Source: a virus
DNA: 64,000 bases
Strand: one strand, 5' to 3'
Virus record (IMG/VR): IMGVR_UViG_3300032289_001431
Location: 1-64,000 of that record
Below the pieces are notes generated by a model. That model searched no databases. It was not told the origin of the DNA and worked only from the letters and a program-made list of their open reading frames with translations. Positions 28,182 to 38,421 of this stretch are shown piece after piece. Positions within the stretch are counted from its first letter, which is position 1; the number at the start of each line of letters is the position of its first letter. The translations under genes were made by a program, and so were the position numbers.

Positions 28182-29045
28182 ATGAGTACTAAATACAACG
28201 CAAGCCTGTTCGATACCCTAAAGGAATCCTTCAGCAATAAAAATAACACCGAATCAGTCTTTAAAGACTTCTTGAAATTTGAATCTGGTAAGACATATGT
28301 GGTTCGTCTCGTACCAAACGTGGAAGACATAAGCAACAGTTGGTACAAATACGCACAACATATCTTTGAAAGCTGTGTTCATGGTAAAAAAATTTCAGTG
28401 TTATGTCCTAACACTTACAAAGAGAAGTGTCCGATTTGTGAGTACCGTTCCAAGATTTGGGCTACTAAAAATGAAACATTGATTAATCAGGTTAAACCTC
28501 TTAAAAAGTCGGAGAAGTGGCTTTACAATGCATATGTAATCACCGATCCTTCCAATCCCACAAATCAAGGTCAGGTTAAATATCTTAATGCTGGAGCGCA
28601 ACTTGAAAAAATTATCGAAGCTGCTCGTTTTGGTGATGATAAAGATGAATTTGGCTCACGAATTTTTGATCTATCATCAAATGGATGTAATCTTAAAATT
28701 AAGGTTGAGACTAATGAGGGTGGTTATCCATCATATGTAACTTCTAAATTTGTTTCACCTTCCGAAATTGAAGGTTTAGATACAGATTCTGCAATTGATT
28801 CTGTTTATGGTTCTTTCAAATCGTATGACAATATTTTCAAACCAAAAACTTATAACGAGATTAAAGATCTTCTTGATGTTCACTTCTTAGGTAAAGACAC
28901 GGCTGCACCTGCGGTTGTTGAGGAAGATGAAGATGAGTTTAAAGTTGATGATATAAGTGCTTCAACTGAAACAGAAGTTGAAACCAAATCAGATTCTCTT
29001 TCTGATCAGGAGAAAAGGATGAAAGAGATTTTGGAAAGCCTCTAA
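28182..29045 (+). CDS. gp32: Single-stranded DNA-binding protein gp32
   Basis: VRLVP, H-C-CPIC zinc site, YV..DP.NP.N.GQVK, FD...G.NL, Y..SKF; acidic tail. Confidence 0.92.
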   Translation: MSTKYNASLFDTLKESFSNKNNTESVFKDFLKFESGKTYVVRLVPNVEDISNSWYKYAQHIFESCVHGKKISVLCPNTYKEKCPICEYRSKIWATKNETLINQVKPLKKSEKWLYNAYVITDPSNPTNQGQVKYLNAGAQLEKIIEAARFGDDKDEFGSRIFDLSSNGCNLKIKVETNEGGYPSYVTSKFVSPSEIEGLDTDSAIDSVYGSFKSYDNIFKPKTYNEIKDLLDVHFLGKDTAAPAVVEEDEDEFKVDDISASTETEVETKSDSLSDQEKRMKEILESL

Positions 29046-29048
29046 AAT

Positions 29049-29585
29049 ATGAATCAGGCGGAAGCGTTAGAAGCTGCTAAACTAGCTGCAATGGTGGGTG
29101 GTCAAATGAAAATGGTTGATCAATTTACCACCCACCGCACTAGTAATCCTGCAAATAAAATCGATATAAATAGTTTTGTAGCTAAAGTTAAAAATCCTAA
29201 TGTTAGGATCAAACCTGCGAGTTATTTAACAGACACACCCGCAGGATATGCACCACCGCCGCCTGAAGAATATGTGCAATCACAAGTTCCTGATATACAA
29301 CCATCTTTTATTCCAACTGCTGCTTCATTTGCAACAGAATCAACACAATTACCACAAGCGGTATCTACAATACTTCCGTCTGTTACTAGTCCAAATATTC
29401 AAACTTTACGAACAGAAACAAAAACATCATCTATAATCGATGGTTTTAAAGAAGATAAAAATGTAACTCTTTTAACTCGTAGTGATGTAGATAGTATCAG
29501 AAATTCATTAAAAAACATTGACAAATCATTACAGGGTATGCTAAAGTATATGCAAGAAAGTAGCAAACCTAAAGTTGATGAATGA
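29049..29585 (+). CDS. Hypothetical protein (Pro-rich linker, C-terminal coiled coil)
   Basis: 178-aa ORF in operon. Confidence 0.7.
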   Translation: MNQAEALEAAKLAAMVGGQMKMVDQFTTHRTSNPANKIDINSFVAKVKNPNVRIKPASYLTDTPAGYAPPPPEEYVQSQVPDIQPSFIPTAASFATESTQLPQAVSTILPSVTSPNIQTLRTETKTSSIIDGFKEDKNVTLLTRSDVDSIRNSLKNIDKSLQGMLKYMQESSKPKVDE

Positions 29586-30333
29586 ATTTTTAATACCAAT
29601 TCCAAAAAGTTCTTTGGAAAAATTGTTAAAGCCTGTAAACAGGCTTGCCGATTCTTGCGTTTTACGTAATGATACCGAATCTATATACACTCTTTGTAGT
29701 TCAATTGATAGTAGTGTTATACTTTACGCTAATACCAAACTTCCAGTAACTATAGATAAAATAAAACTTAATATTATCAATATTAAAAAATTTTTAACTG
29801 GATTAGATTGTTTGGGTGATGACGGTGAATTTAAAATTATTAAAAATGATAACAATATTGTTTGCAAATCAACTAATACAGTATCGGGCGAAAACAATCA
29901 TTTTAAATATCATTTAGTTGAAGATAACATTATCAAAGAATCCAGTGTTAATATTGAAAAAATTGCAAGTTTAAAGTATGATACTGTGTTTGATATTTCA
30001 CTTGCAAAAATTAAGCAAATCATGTCAGCGTATTCTTTTGTTAACGATGTTAATAAAATATATTTTTATACTAAAGATGATACTGTAATAGCGGAAATTG
30101 ATGATAAATCGCTTCAAAATATCGATAATGTATCTTTGGTGGCTTCTCCTTCATTTACAGGAGAACCTTTACTAACGCCAATGTCGGTTAAAATAGAAGT
30201 ATTTAAATTACTGGCTAGTAGTAAAACTTCTATTAAAGTTAAAATTAATAATGAGTTTAAAGTGTTTGTTTTTGAAACACAAGAAGATGAAAATACACAG
30301 TTAAAATATATTATATCCGCACTTGTTAAATAA
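29575..30333 (+). CDS. gp45: Sliding clamp gp45-like
   Basis: 252 aa with a two-domain beta/alpha pattern, I.NIKKFL..L and C-terminal LKYIISA. Confidence 0.7.
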   Translation: MMNEFLIPIPKSSLEKLLKPVNRLADSCVLRNDTESIYTLCSSIDSSVILYANTKLPVTIDKIKLNIINIKKFLTGLDCLGDDGEFKIIKNDNNIVCKSTNTVSGENNHFKYHLVEDNIIKESSVNIEKIASLKYDTVFDISLAKIKQIMSAYSFVNDVNKIYFYTKDDTVIAEIDDKSLQNIDNVSLVASPSFTGEPLLTPMSVKIEVFKLLASSKTSIKVKINNEFKVFVFETQEDENTQLKYIISALVK

Positions 30334-30355
30334 TTAATAAGTGATAAGATATAAT

Positions 30356-30679
30356 ATGTCGAAAAATAAATTAACAACTGTTGGATATTTTATCAAACGC
30401 CTTCGTGATAGTGGATATGTAACTGATAAAGTTTTTACAGATTATTCTGAACATGATCCTAGAGCTTGGACTGTTGTGGTAGATCCTAAAGTATCATCTG
30501 TGTTTATAACATGTTTTAACAATCATAATTCTTTTGGCGAAGAATATTTTGAAATGCATGATGGGGCGCAATTTATACCAGATAGATTTAAATTAAAAAC
30601 AAGTTCTATTGAAACAGTTGTCGAATATCTTGTTAAATTTGGAATAAATAATAAAGCACCTAAATACAATGACAAATAA
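30356..30679 (+). CDS. Hypothetical protein
   Basis: ATG at 30356 follows TTGTTA-16-TAAGAT with TGn extension. Confidence 0.7.
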   Translation: MSKNKLTTVGYFIKRLRDSGYVTDKVFTDYSEHDPRAWTVVVDPKVSSVFITCFNNHNSFGEEYFEMHDGAQFIPDRFKLKTSSIETVVEYLVKFGINNKAPKYNDK

Positions 30680-31058
30680 AAGAAAAAAAACTAATACCCC
30701 CTCATTGTCTTCAGAAAATACCAGTGTAAAGTCAAAAAAAAAAGGTATGACAGATGAACAAGTAAAAGAATTAAATGATAAAGTTTTTTTAGCTGTTAAT
30801 AATTTAGAACTTCAAAAAAGTTTGGATAGATGGTTAAGAGAAAATTCACAAAATAACACAATTGTCAGAAGAGATTTGACAATGTTAAAAAATATGGTTT
30901 CTGAATATTTGGACTCTTTTGTTTTGTTTGGATATAATATGGAAGGAGAAAGAGTTATAATTCAAAAGTTTGAAACCTCAAAAGATAGAGATGCTGTTAT
31001 GGAATTTCTCAAAACTATATTTTTAAAACAACAACACGAAAATTTTTTAGATGAATAA
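30669..31058 (+). CDS. Hypothetical protein
   Basis: 129-aa ORF overlapping its neighbours. Confidence 0.65.
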   Translation: MTNKRKKTNTPSLSSENTSVKSKKKGMTDEQVKELNDKVFLAVNNLELQKSLDRWLRENSQNNTIVRRDLTMLKNMVSEYLDSFVLFGYNMEGERVIIQKFETSKDRDAVMEFLKTIFLKQQHENFLDE

Positions 31059-32091
31059 CATTGATCCTAGTTTAATAGACCCTTTTTGTATTCAAGCTGG
31101 ATTAGACCCGACTCTATTTCCAGTAGGCTCTGCCCAACATTTAGATCTTAATTTTAACATAATACCTTTTTTATGTAATTTATTAAATGCAGTAAATGAT
31201 GATAACGTTAGTGGAATATTAGTCGCACCGCCTTCATCGTTTGATATTACCCCATTTACTGATTTTACTGGGCTAACTGGTGTCGGTGATCCAAGAGTTT
31301 CTTTAGGAGAAGTAATGATTCAAACTGGTATAAATTTTATACCAAAAATGATAGCACAAACAGAGGTTAGACAAAACGGGGGAACTCAAATTATAGATAA
31401 TTATATTTGTAATTCCGATGGTGTGACGATTAAAAAATCAGAAACACTTCCAGCATTATTATCTTTGGATTTAACTGGTCAAAACCCTTATCAATATGGT
31501 GCAATCACAATACCGCCTTTAAGTACAACTTATGAAGAACTATTAACTCCCTTTGCACCACAAGATGTTACAAATTTTGTATATGATTATATAAATTCAG
31601 CCAGAGAATCACACGCTGGTTATTTTGTTAACTTTATAAAAAAATATTTTTCAGATTATAAAGCGGAAGTAAACATATACAAAACATCAGGAACGATGCT
31701 TGTTCTTTTAACAAAAGGAACAACAATTGTGTATTTAAAATATTATGCTGATATTGCAAATAAAGTTGCAGTATTGTTAAATTTAGATGATATGAAATAT
31801 ATCATAGGGAATAAATCACCAACAAACGGTGCAATATCTTTAGCAATGGCATCCGAAATTCCAAATTATAAAAATATATATTTAAGTGAAACTTTATCAA
31901 AAGAACATTATGATTTGTTAATGGACAAATATAAAACTACACCCGAATTGGAATATACATATATATTCTCAAATTCAGCACTAGCAATTAAATATTTTTC
32001 TGATACGTATGGATCAATGTTGACACCCACAGTAAGTACCGTTCCAGTTGTTTATACTTCAGTAACAACAATTGGTGGTATTGTTGTTTAA
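31051..32091 (+). CDS. Hypothetical protein
   Basis: 346-aa ORF convergent with the tail block. Confidence 0.7.
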   Translation: MNNIDPSLIDPFCIQAGLDPTLFPVGSAQHLDLNFNIIPFLCNLLNAVNDDNVSGILVAPPSSFDITPFTDFTGLTGVGDPRVSLGEVMIQTGINFIPKMIAQTEVRQNGGTQIIDNYICNSDGVTIKKSETLPALLSLDLTGQNPYQYGAITIPPLSTTYEELLTPFAPQDVTNFVYDYINSARESHAGYFVNFIKKYFSDYKAEVNIYKTSGTMLVLLTKGTTIVYLKYYADIANKVAVLLNLDDMKYIIGNKSPTNGAISLAMASEIPNYKNIYLSETLSKEHYDLLMDKYKTTPELEYTYIFSNSALAIKYFSDTYGSMLTPTVSTVPVVYTSVTTIGGIVV

Positions 32092-34184
32092 TCACATCCA
32101 AGATTGAAATTTGGTGGTGGTATTAAATTACCATCTGGATCAAATACACCATCAGCAGTAACAAAGTTTCCATTATACGCATCTCCATCATTCGGCCCTA
32201 GCCCATATTGCGAATTTCTTCTAGATATTGCTGCTTCATTTCCATTATTACCAAAAGGGTTAATACAAGGTATACATAAATCACCAATACTTCTATGTCC
32301 GGGTTTAGAACCCATACCAGTTGGTTTTGCTGGTGTTGGTACGTGACTAGGTTGAGGTCTAGTTGCTCTAGCTGTTTTTGCATTTGCAACTTGATGTCCA
32401 TGATAACTTGTATAATCATGGGCGTGTTCATCACCAGCATTACCGTGATTATGTGGGAAAGTAAATATTGGTAAAGTTTGACCGGGAACTACGAAAGTAT
32501 TTGTAAACGTAACAGGCGCAGGACCATCTTTAGTCATTGCAAACGCAATACCGTTAACCATCAGCGGACTACCAGCAGGAACACCGGGAGGTGCAAAATA
32601 AGTCATAGCATACCCAGTGGGCAAACCAGTATTATCAACGGGAACTTGTAACATTGCTCTATCATATGCTTCCATAGCCAATGTAAACATTGGAGTAGTT
32701 CCGTTAAAAATATTTTTTGATAATGTGTTAAATAAATCTCTTCCTGCTGTTTTTACCACATAATCCTTTGTATTAGCTAATGTTGCTTTTAATGCACCTG
32801 TTGGATTATTCCAATTAGCACCCAAATGAACCGAATTTGAACTGTTAGAAGGTCCAGTAGATACACGTTCGCCGGGGGCTGTAATGTGAGTGCAATGTAA
32901 ACCACCATCCAATGATAAAGAACCTTTTATAGCAGTATCACCGCTAACATGCAAAGCACCAGCAACCATAACATTATTCGCTTCCATTCTTATTCCAGTA
33001 TCACCAGAACGATCATTACCATCTATTACAATATTTTTTCCTTTGATTGTAGTAAGATTTTTAGACATTAATGTTAATTCACCTTCAGTTGCTGCTATCG
33101 TAGTAACCGCACCGTTAAATTGAGCCTTACCTGTTGTGTGAACATCAATACCGGGAGATCCAACAGCCAATGTAAATTTTTGAGCAACTCCTAAAAATAA
33201 ACTACCGGGGTTTATTAAAGGATCAGTATGTATAACTTGTTTACAATTACCTTTAGTGTGAGGAAAAAGTCCTTTTCCTTCTTCACTATTTAAAAATCCA
33301 AAAGGAGTGGTCATGTTTTCACCTTCAGCGGTTGTTGGTGCTTTGTTCATCGATTTTGGATGACCTACATGTATAGCAACATCAGACATAAATGGACCCA
33401 TAGCATGAGTTCCACCACTACCTAAATCTTTTTGATGTTTTTCTAATGTTTTTTGTTTACTTTCTAAATCTTTAGCAGCGGTTTCGTTTGCTTTTTGTAT
33501 TGCTTCTTTTTTAGAATAAACCATTCCATTTTTACAACCGGGACTACCACAACCTTTTCCTTGATTTAAAGATGACACCTTTTCACTTGAAAGAAACGGT
33601 GTAATTAACATATTTAAATATTTTTGAATTACTTCTAATGGGTAAGGTAAATTTGGTATTGTAAATCTTATAATTTGAAATGCTTTATCAATTAAACATT
33701 GATCTTTATCTGTTAATATTTTACTAGAACACGTTGGACATGGAACCTGTGATCCTTTTTCTTTTTTAATTGTATCGACTTTTTTCTTATCAATATCATG
33801 TGTAGTATCTTGTAAACTTTTAGCAGCCGTTACTTGCTTTGATGTTGCTTCCCCAACTTGTTTTGTTTCATTACCATGTACATAACTATGTTTATCCCCT
33901 TGAGCTACCGTTTGAGAATCGCCCCTTATTGAAGTAAAAAGATTTTGACCAGCACCAATATACAAATCAGCATTTGATTTTATTGTTAAACCTCCACCTA
34001 TAAGTTGAACTAAACTTTTATATTTGTCTTGTAATAAAACATAAGACATATCATCTTGAATAGATGAACCAGTAGCAGTGTTAATAAAAATATTACTTTT
34101 TATTTCCAAGCCACCAGCTTCAGCAACTAATGAACTGGTTTGTTTTGAACCGGATAAACTATCTAATGTTGTTGATGCTGCCAT
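32088..34184 (-). CDS. Baseplate central spike, gp5 C-terminal-like beta-helix protein
   Basis: GD.Q.V.GD...VHG.E.K.VG and I.GKNI.I.G beta-helix repeats; CPTC/CGSPGC; His-rich HNH...HAH; follows the gp5 OB-fold gene. Confidence 0.65.
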   Translation of the reverse strand: MAASTTLDSLSGSKQTSSLVAEAGGLEIKSNIFINTATGSSIQDDMSYVLLQDKYKSLVQLIGGGLTIKSNADLYIGAGQNLFTSIRGDSQTVAQGDKHSYVHGNETKQVGEATSKQVTAAKSLQDTTHDIDKKKVDTIKKEKGSQVPCPTCSSKILTDKDQCLIDKAFQIIRFTIPNLPYPLEVIQKYLNMLITPFLSSEKVSSLNQGKGCGSPGCKNGMVYSKKEAIQKANETAAKDLESKQKTLEKHQKDLGSGGTHAMGPFMSDVAIHVGHPKSMNKAPTTAEGENMTTPFGFLNSEEGKGLFPHTKGNCKQVIHTDPLINPGSLFLGVAQKFTLAVGSPGIDVHTTGKAQFNGAVTTIAATEGELTLMSKNLTTIKGKNIVIDGNDRSGDTGIRMEANNVMVAGALHVSGDTAIKGSLSLDGGLHCTHITAPGERVSTGPSNSSNSVHLGANWNNPTGALKATLANTKDYVVKTAGRDLFNTLSKNIFNGTTPMFTLAMEAYDRAMLQVPVDNTGLPTGYAMTYFAPPGVPAGSPLMVNGIAFAMTKDGPAPVTFTNTFVVPGQTLPIFTFPHNHGNAGDEHAHDYTSYHGHQVANAKTARATRPQPSHVPTPAKPTGMGSKPGHRSIGDLCIPCINPFGNNGNEAAISRRNSQYGLGPNDGDAYNGNFVTADGVFDPDGNLIPPPNFNLGCD

Positions 34185-34209
34185 ATTTTATTTATTAATT
34201 TTATTGAAA

Positions 34210-35838
34210 TTATCCATGTGCTCCTATGTTAGATGGTTCATATACTTGACCCATATAAATTGGTCTTTGTGAACTACCCCCTTCAAACGTCACCCATACT
34301 TTTGAACCAACGGCTGGCGTTGAAAAAACACCAACAGGTGCTCCATATCTTGACATGTTAACACTACCATAAGCGTTCATACCTTGATTTGTTGTCCTTT
34401 GAACCAAAGCACCAGAACTCGCTGCTGTTAATGGAGCACCTTCACCTCTCATTCTCGCCATGGTTGTACCCGCAAATGATCCTCGTTTTGTAACTGTATT
34501 ATCAAGACCATCAATTGAATTATTTCTAGTTATTTGAATTTCCGCCATTGATATTGCGGTATTAGCGGCAAGCTCTGGTCTTGATTGTAAATCATTAACG
34601 CCCATTCCACTATATCCAGCATACACCGATGTATCAAGAACACTAGTTGACCATGCACCCCAAGAACCACCCGGATCATTTACAGTATCAGCACCGGATG
34701 CTGCAACCTTACCACCTTGTTCCGCTAATGCCAATCTCCACATAAAATCCGCCCATTGATTTGGATCTTTAGTGTTTGATACTCCATATTTTGCTGCTTC
34801 TGATGGATTTAAATTTGCTGATAGTAAAGGTGAACATTTCATTCTTTCAACAGCATAACTTTTAAATGATGCTTCATCCATTACACCATTATTAGAAGCA
34901 ATTGTCATTCCTTTGGAATCCATTTCACGGTTTTGAGCTACTGATAATGCTTTAGCTTCAGAAAGACTCATCGGAGAACCGCTTGAATTTCCAGCACACG
35001 CACTACCGGAACCAATTGGATCTTCATTTCCATTAAATGTTCCTTCTTTATTATTAACACCATCATCAGAAACTCCTCTATTATCACCATTTACAGCTTG
35101 AAGCGATTGAGCGGAATTATCATTACCATAGTTTGTGTTTACAGTTCCCGGATTTAAATGTAGTAAACTCATTACACCTTCTGGTGTATTAATTCTAACA
35201 ACAGTTCCACCGCCACCAGAATCTTCAAACGTTCCAACATAAGTTGCGCCGTTTTGTAATTGAATAGATGATCCAGTTGGGGTTCTAAAATCAATACCTT
35301 TGTGTGGACTTTTTCTAAAACTTTCAGTAGCACCATAAGCGGAAGAAACACCAAAACTACTTGGTGATTTTCCGTCTATTAAAAGATATTTATTTGCATC
35401 ATTTGCTGAAATAGGACGTTTATCACCCCATCTAACATCCAAATGTGGACCCGTTGACCTACCACTATTTCCAGTTTTTGCTAAAACGCCGGGAGTTACA
35501 CCAGCATTTGAACCAGAACCAAGAGCACGATCTGTCGGTATTGTAGTTGCTTGTTGAGTATCCGTTGCAACGGGAGCACCCGTACCACCACCCCAGACAG
35601 GAGTAGATGGCCTTGCCCACGGTAAAACCCCCAACACTCTATCTAAAACATCAGGTGAAAACGGATCAGAAGATGCAGTTTTAAATGATATATCATCAAG
35701 TTTATCGTTCCATCCTTTAAAAAGTGGACCAGTTTTACCGGGAACTATTAATTTAACTCTACCTAAACCATCGGGATCTTGTGCATCTAAAACCAACCCA
35801 ACGTATGTTCCATAAAGTAAATGACTATCACGAGACAT
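34210..35838 (-). CDS. gp5: gp5/VgrG-like OB-fold protein carrying inserted peptidoglycan-hydrolase domains
   Basis: YVGLVLD..DP.GLGRVK...LPWARP at the N-terminus and P.VGS.VWV.FEGG...RP..MG at the C-terminus; M23 motifs in between. Confidence 0.8.
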   Translation of the reverse strand: MSRDSHLLYGTYVGLVLDAQDPDGLGRVKLIVPGKTGPLFKGWNDKLDDISFKTASSDPFSPDVLDRVLGVLPWARPSTPVWGGGTGAPVATDTQQATTIPTDRALGSGSNAGVTPGVLAKTGNSGRSTGPHLDVRWGDKRPISANDANKYLLIDGKSPSSFGVSSAYGATESFRKSPHKGIDFRTPTGSSIQLQNGATYVGTFEDSGGGGTVVRINTPEGVMSLLHLNPGTVNTNYGNDNSAQSLQAVNGDNRGVSDDGVNNKEGTFNGNEDPIGSGSACAGNSSGSPMSLSEAKALSVAQNREMDSKGMTIASNNGVMDEASFKSYAVERMKCSPLLSANLNPSEAAKYGVSNTKDPNQWADFMWRLALAEQGGKVAASGADTVNDPGGSWGAWSTSVLDTSVYAGYSGMGVNDLQSRPELAANTAISMAEIQITRNNSIDGLDNTVTKRGSFAGTTMARMRGEGAPLTAASSGALVQRTTNQGMNAYGSVNMSRYGAPVGVFSTPAVGSKVWVTFEGGSSQRPIYMGQVYEPSNIGAHG

Positions 35839-35844
35839 AATATA

Positions 35845-37485
35845 TTAAGCGACATTAACTCCAATTTTTGACGAGTCAGTGGGATGTCCATAAATATCTT
35901 CAGTGCCATCTTTAAACGTACTAGCACCGAGTTTTGAAGCTGATTCTGGGTTTGTCGAATTAGTATCCCCTAATGCATTGATAATAGGATTAAAAATTGA
36001 AAAATTTGGACCCATTATATTTTGAATTTCTGATACAACTTTATTTTGAGTTGCTTTTGCTGCTAACCCATATCCATAATTTGCCAACATAGAACTTAAA
36101 AAATTATTTGGATTATTTGCTAATGAGTTTACTTGGTTTATAATTTGATTTACTTGTGGTGGCAAATACTGTGATACAAACCCGAAAGGATTACTTGCAA
36201 AACTACCAGCAGTGCCAACCCAATCACTACCAGCACCAAATGCACTATTAACATAACCTTCCAATGTACCCGTAAGATTACTTGTTATGTTAGACATATT
36301 CATTAATGATGTGAAAAACGGAATATCACTAGCAATAGAACGCAATATAGCCATCAATATACATAACAAATCAACCGGAATTATACTTTCTAAAAAATCC
36401 ATTACAAGTTGTTGTAATTTAGACAATAACCCATTTATATAAGCATAAAATTTTTGAACATATTCCATAATACCATTATAAATGTCATTTATAAGAGTCG
36501 AAAATGCTGCTATTACACCATTAATACCCGCCACTAAACCCTGTATCGCACCAAAAGCTTTTTTAGGTAATGCTAAATAAGCAGATGTTCTTACTTTATT
36601 ACAAAAAGCATCCAATTCAGCAACTGCGTTTGGATGTATTTTGTTTATCAAAGCTGTTACTAAATTTGGATGTTCAGTTTGAGGTCCAGTTATTGGACTT
36701 GTATTCATATTATTAGCATTAGCTTGAGTAACACCTAATTTACCAATATCATCAAATGATTTTTTTTGATATGCAGGTGTTTTCTTTAACGCTTCTTGTA
36801 ATTTTGGCTGTTTAGCCATTTTGATAAAATCGTTTAAAAACCCTTGATCTATAACATATTTGTCTTGACCATAAACACCAGATTGTAAAATTTTATTATC
36901 AAAACCATAAACTAACATGTTTAATAAAAGATAATATTTATTTGTATTTAAATTGGAAAATTGATGTTTTATTCTGGCTAATTCACCGCCAAAAAGATAA
37001 GGATATAATGATAAATTAGTTTGTTTTTCTAATTCTTGAATTTCTTTGTGTGTAATTGTATGTGATTTACTACCACCTTGATTTATTTCTTTAGTTTTAT
37101 CTTTTTTCTGAGATGGTGTTTTTTTCTGTTCAGCCGATTGTTTAGACAATCTTGCATTTGGATTATCTGAATTTGCATTTGGGTTAGGATCAACTGAATT
37201 TGCAATATAAACTGGTGCGTCTTTTAAAGACGGATCGATTATACTAGCAGTAGTCCCAGTGAAAATAGCATCATCTGGCATTGATTCTATAAAACCATTC
37301 GATATATCACCAGTAGTCCCAGTTAAAACAAAATCACCGCTTGACGCACCAATACCGCTTATTATATTTGGCTCGTTTGGATTAAAAACCTGTTGAACAC
37401 TTGCCGTGGTGGGTTCTTTTGAAACGGGTGCAGACGTTTCTATTGTTTCAGATACCCCAAAAATTGGATTTATTTCAATGGACAT
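35845..37485 (-). CDS. Putative baseplate/virion protein
   Basis: 546-aa ORF in the baseplate block with an amphipathic helical C-terminal half. Confidence 0.6.
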   Translation of the reverse strand: MSIEINPIFGVSETIETSAPVSKEPTTASVQQVFNPNEPNIISGIGASSGDFVLTGTTGDISNGFIESMPDDAIFTGTTASIIDPSLKDAPVYIANSVDPNPNANSDNPNARLSKQSAEQKKTPSQKKDKTKEINQGGSKSHTITHKEIQELEKQTNLSLYPYLFGGELARIKHQFSNLNTNKYYLLLNMLVYGFDNKILQSGVYGQDKYVIDQGFLNDFIKMAKQPKLQEALKKTPAYQKKSFDDIGKLGVTQANANNMNTSPITGPQTEHPNLVTALINKIHPNAVAELDAFCNKVRTSAYLALPKKAFGAIQGLVAGINGVIAAFSTLINDIYNGIMEYVQKFYAYINGLLSKLQQLVMDFLESIIPVDLLCILMAILRSIASDIPFFTSLMNMSNITSNLTGTLEGYVNSAFGAGSDWVGTAGSFASNPFGFVSQYLPPQVNQIINQVNSLANNPNNFLSSMLANYGYGLAAKATQNKVVSEIQNIMGPNFSIFNPIINALGDTNSTNPESASKLGASTFKDGTEDIYGHPTDSSKIGVNVA

Positions 37486-37513
37486 ATTTTAATAATAGTA
37501 TATAGTTATATTT

Positions 37514-38125
37514 ATGCATAATATCAGTTTTTCATACCCCCCAATAGGCATTGCAGGAGCAGCAAGAGCAGGAAAAGACACCCTCTGTAGAGGTATAATT
37601 CGACAATTAAAAGAATATAAAATAGATGCTATTCGCAAATCTATCGCTGGTGATGCGGTTAAGACAGATTTAAAAGATTTTATATCAAAAAAGTTTAATC
37701 TTGACGCTTTTACTGAAAATTCTGATGATAAAGAATTTATGCGACCATTATTAGTCGAATATGGTAAGATGCAGAGAAGTAAAACCAAAGGTAGATATTT
37801 TATTAATGCGTTTACAATTATACCAAATTTTGTTAATATATTACCCGATATTCGTTATATAGAATATGAACAAGATGAAGTATATTGGCTTAAAAATGAA
37901 GTAAAAGGTCTTTTAATCTTTATTAAAAGAAAAGGAATACAAGATGCTAATGATACTGAGAGAGTTAATAATAAAATTATCAGTAGTATGGCTGATTATA
38001 TTTTAGAGTGGGATACTTTAAAAGAAAAAAACCCAGAAGATGTTTTGCAAATTGATTATTATGCCAAATGGATAGTTGATCAATATTATATACCAATGAT
38101 ATATTCAGCTACCACTTGCCAATAG
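37514..38125 (+). CDS. Deoxynucleoside monophosphate kinase (gp1-like)
   Basis: IGIAGAARAGKDT P-loop, K...RPLL..YG..R and PDIRY..E motifs. Confidence 0.82.
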   Translation: MHNISFSYPPIGIAGAARAGKDTLCRGIIRQLKEYKIDAIRKSIAGDAVKTDLKDFISKKFNLDAFTENSDDKEFMRPLLVEYGKMQRSKTKGRYFINAFTIIPNFVNILPDIRYIEYEQDEVYWLKNEVKGLLIFIKRKGIQDANDTERVNNKIISSMADYILEWDTLKEKNPEDVLQIDYYAKWIVDQYYIPMIYSATTCQ

Positions 38126-38420
38126 GACAACTGGATGCTTTAACATAGGCTTTAACTGCCATATAACATCCACATTTTAAACATCTTTCTTGTGCTTTGT
38201 TAAAAAATTCACAAGAATTGCATATATTTTTTCTTTTATTTGCTTCTTGACTATCAACATTAATAGGATTGCCAGCAGCTACACTTTTTACGGTTTTAAA
38301 TATATCTTGTCCTAAATTTTTTGCCATTTGTGGTATACTTGGCATACTAGGTTTATTAGAAGATGCTAAATCTTTAATTCTATTTTTTTGAATAGCTTGT
38401 TTTATTACGTTTTTATCCAT
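38109..38420 (-). CDS. Small Cys-rich protein (DUF6171-like)
   Basis: R..IC..C...C.KCGCY...KA.....CP.GKW; start moved to the ATG at 38420. Confidence 0.7.
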   Translation of the reverse strand: MDKNVIKQAIQKNRIKDLASSNKPSMPSIPQMAKNLGQDIFKTVKSVAAGNPINVDSQEANKRKNICNSCEFFNKAQERCLKCGCYMAVKAYVKASSCPIGKW

Positions 38421-38421
38421 A

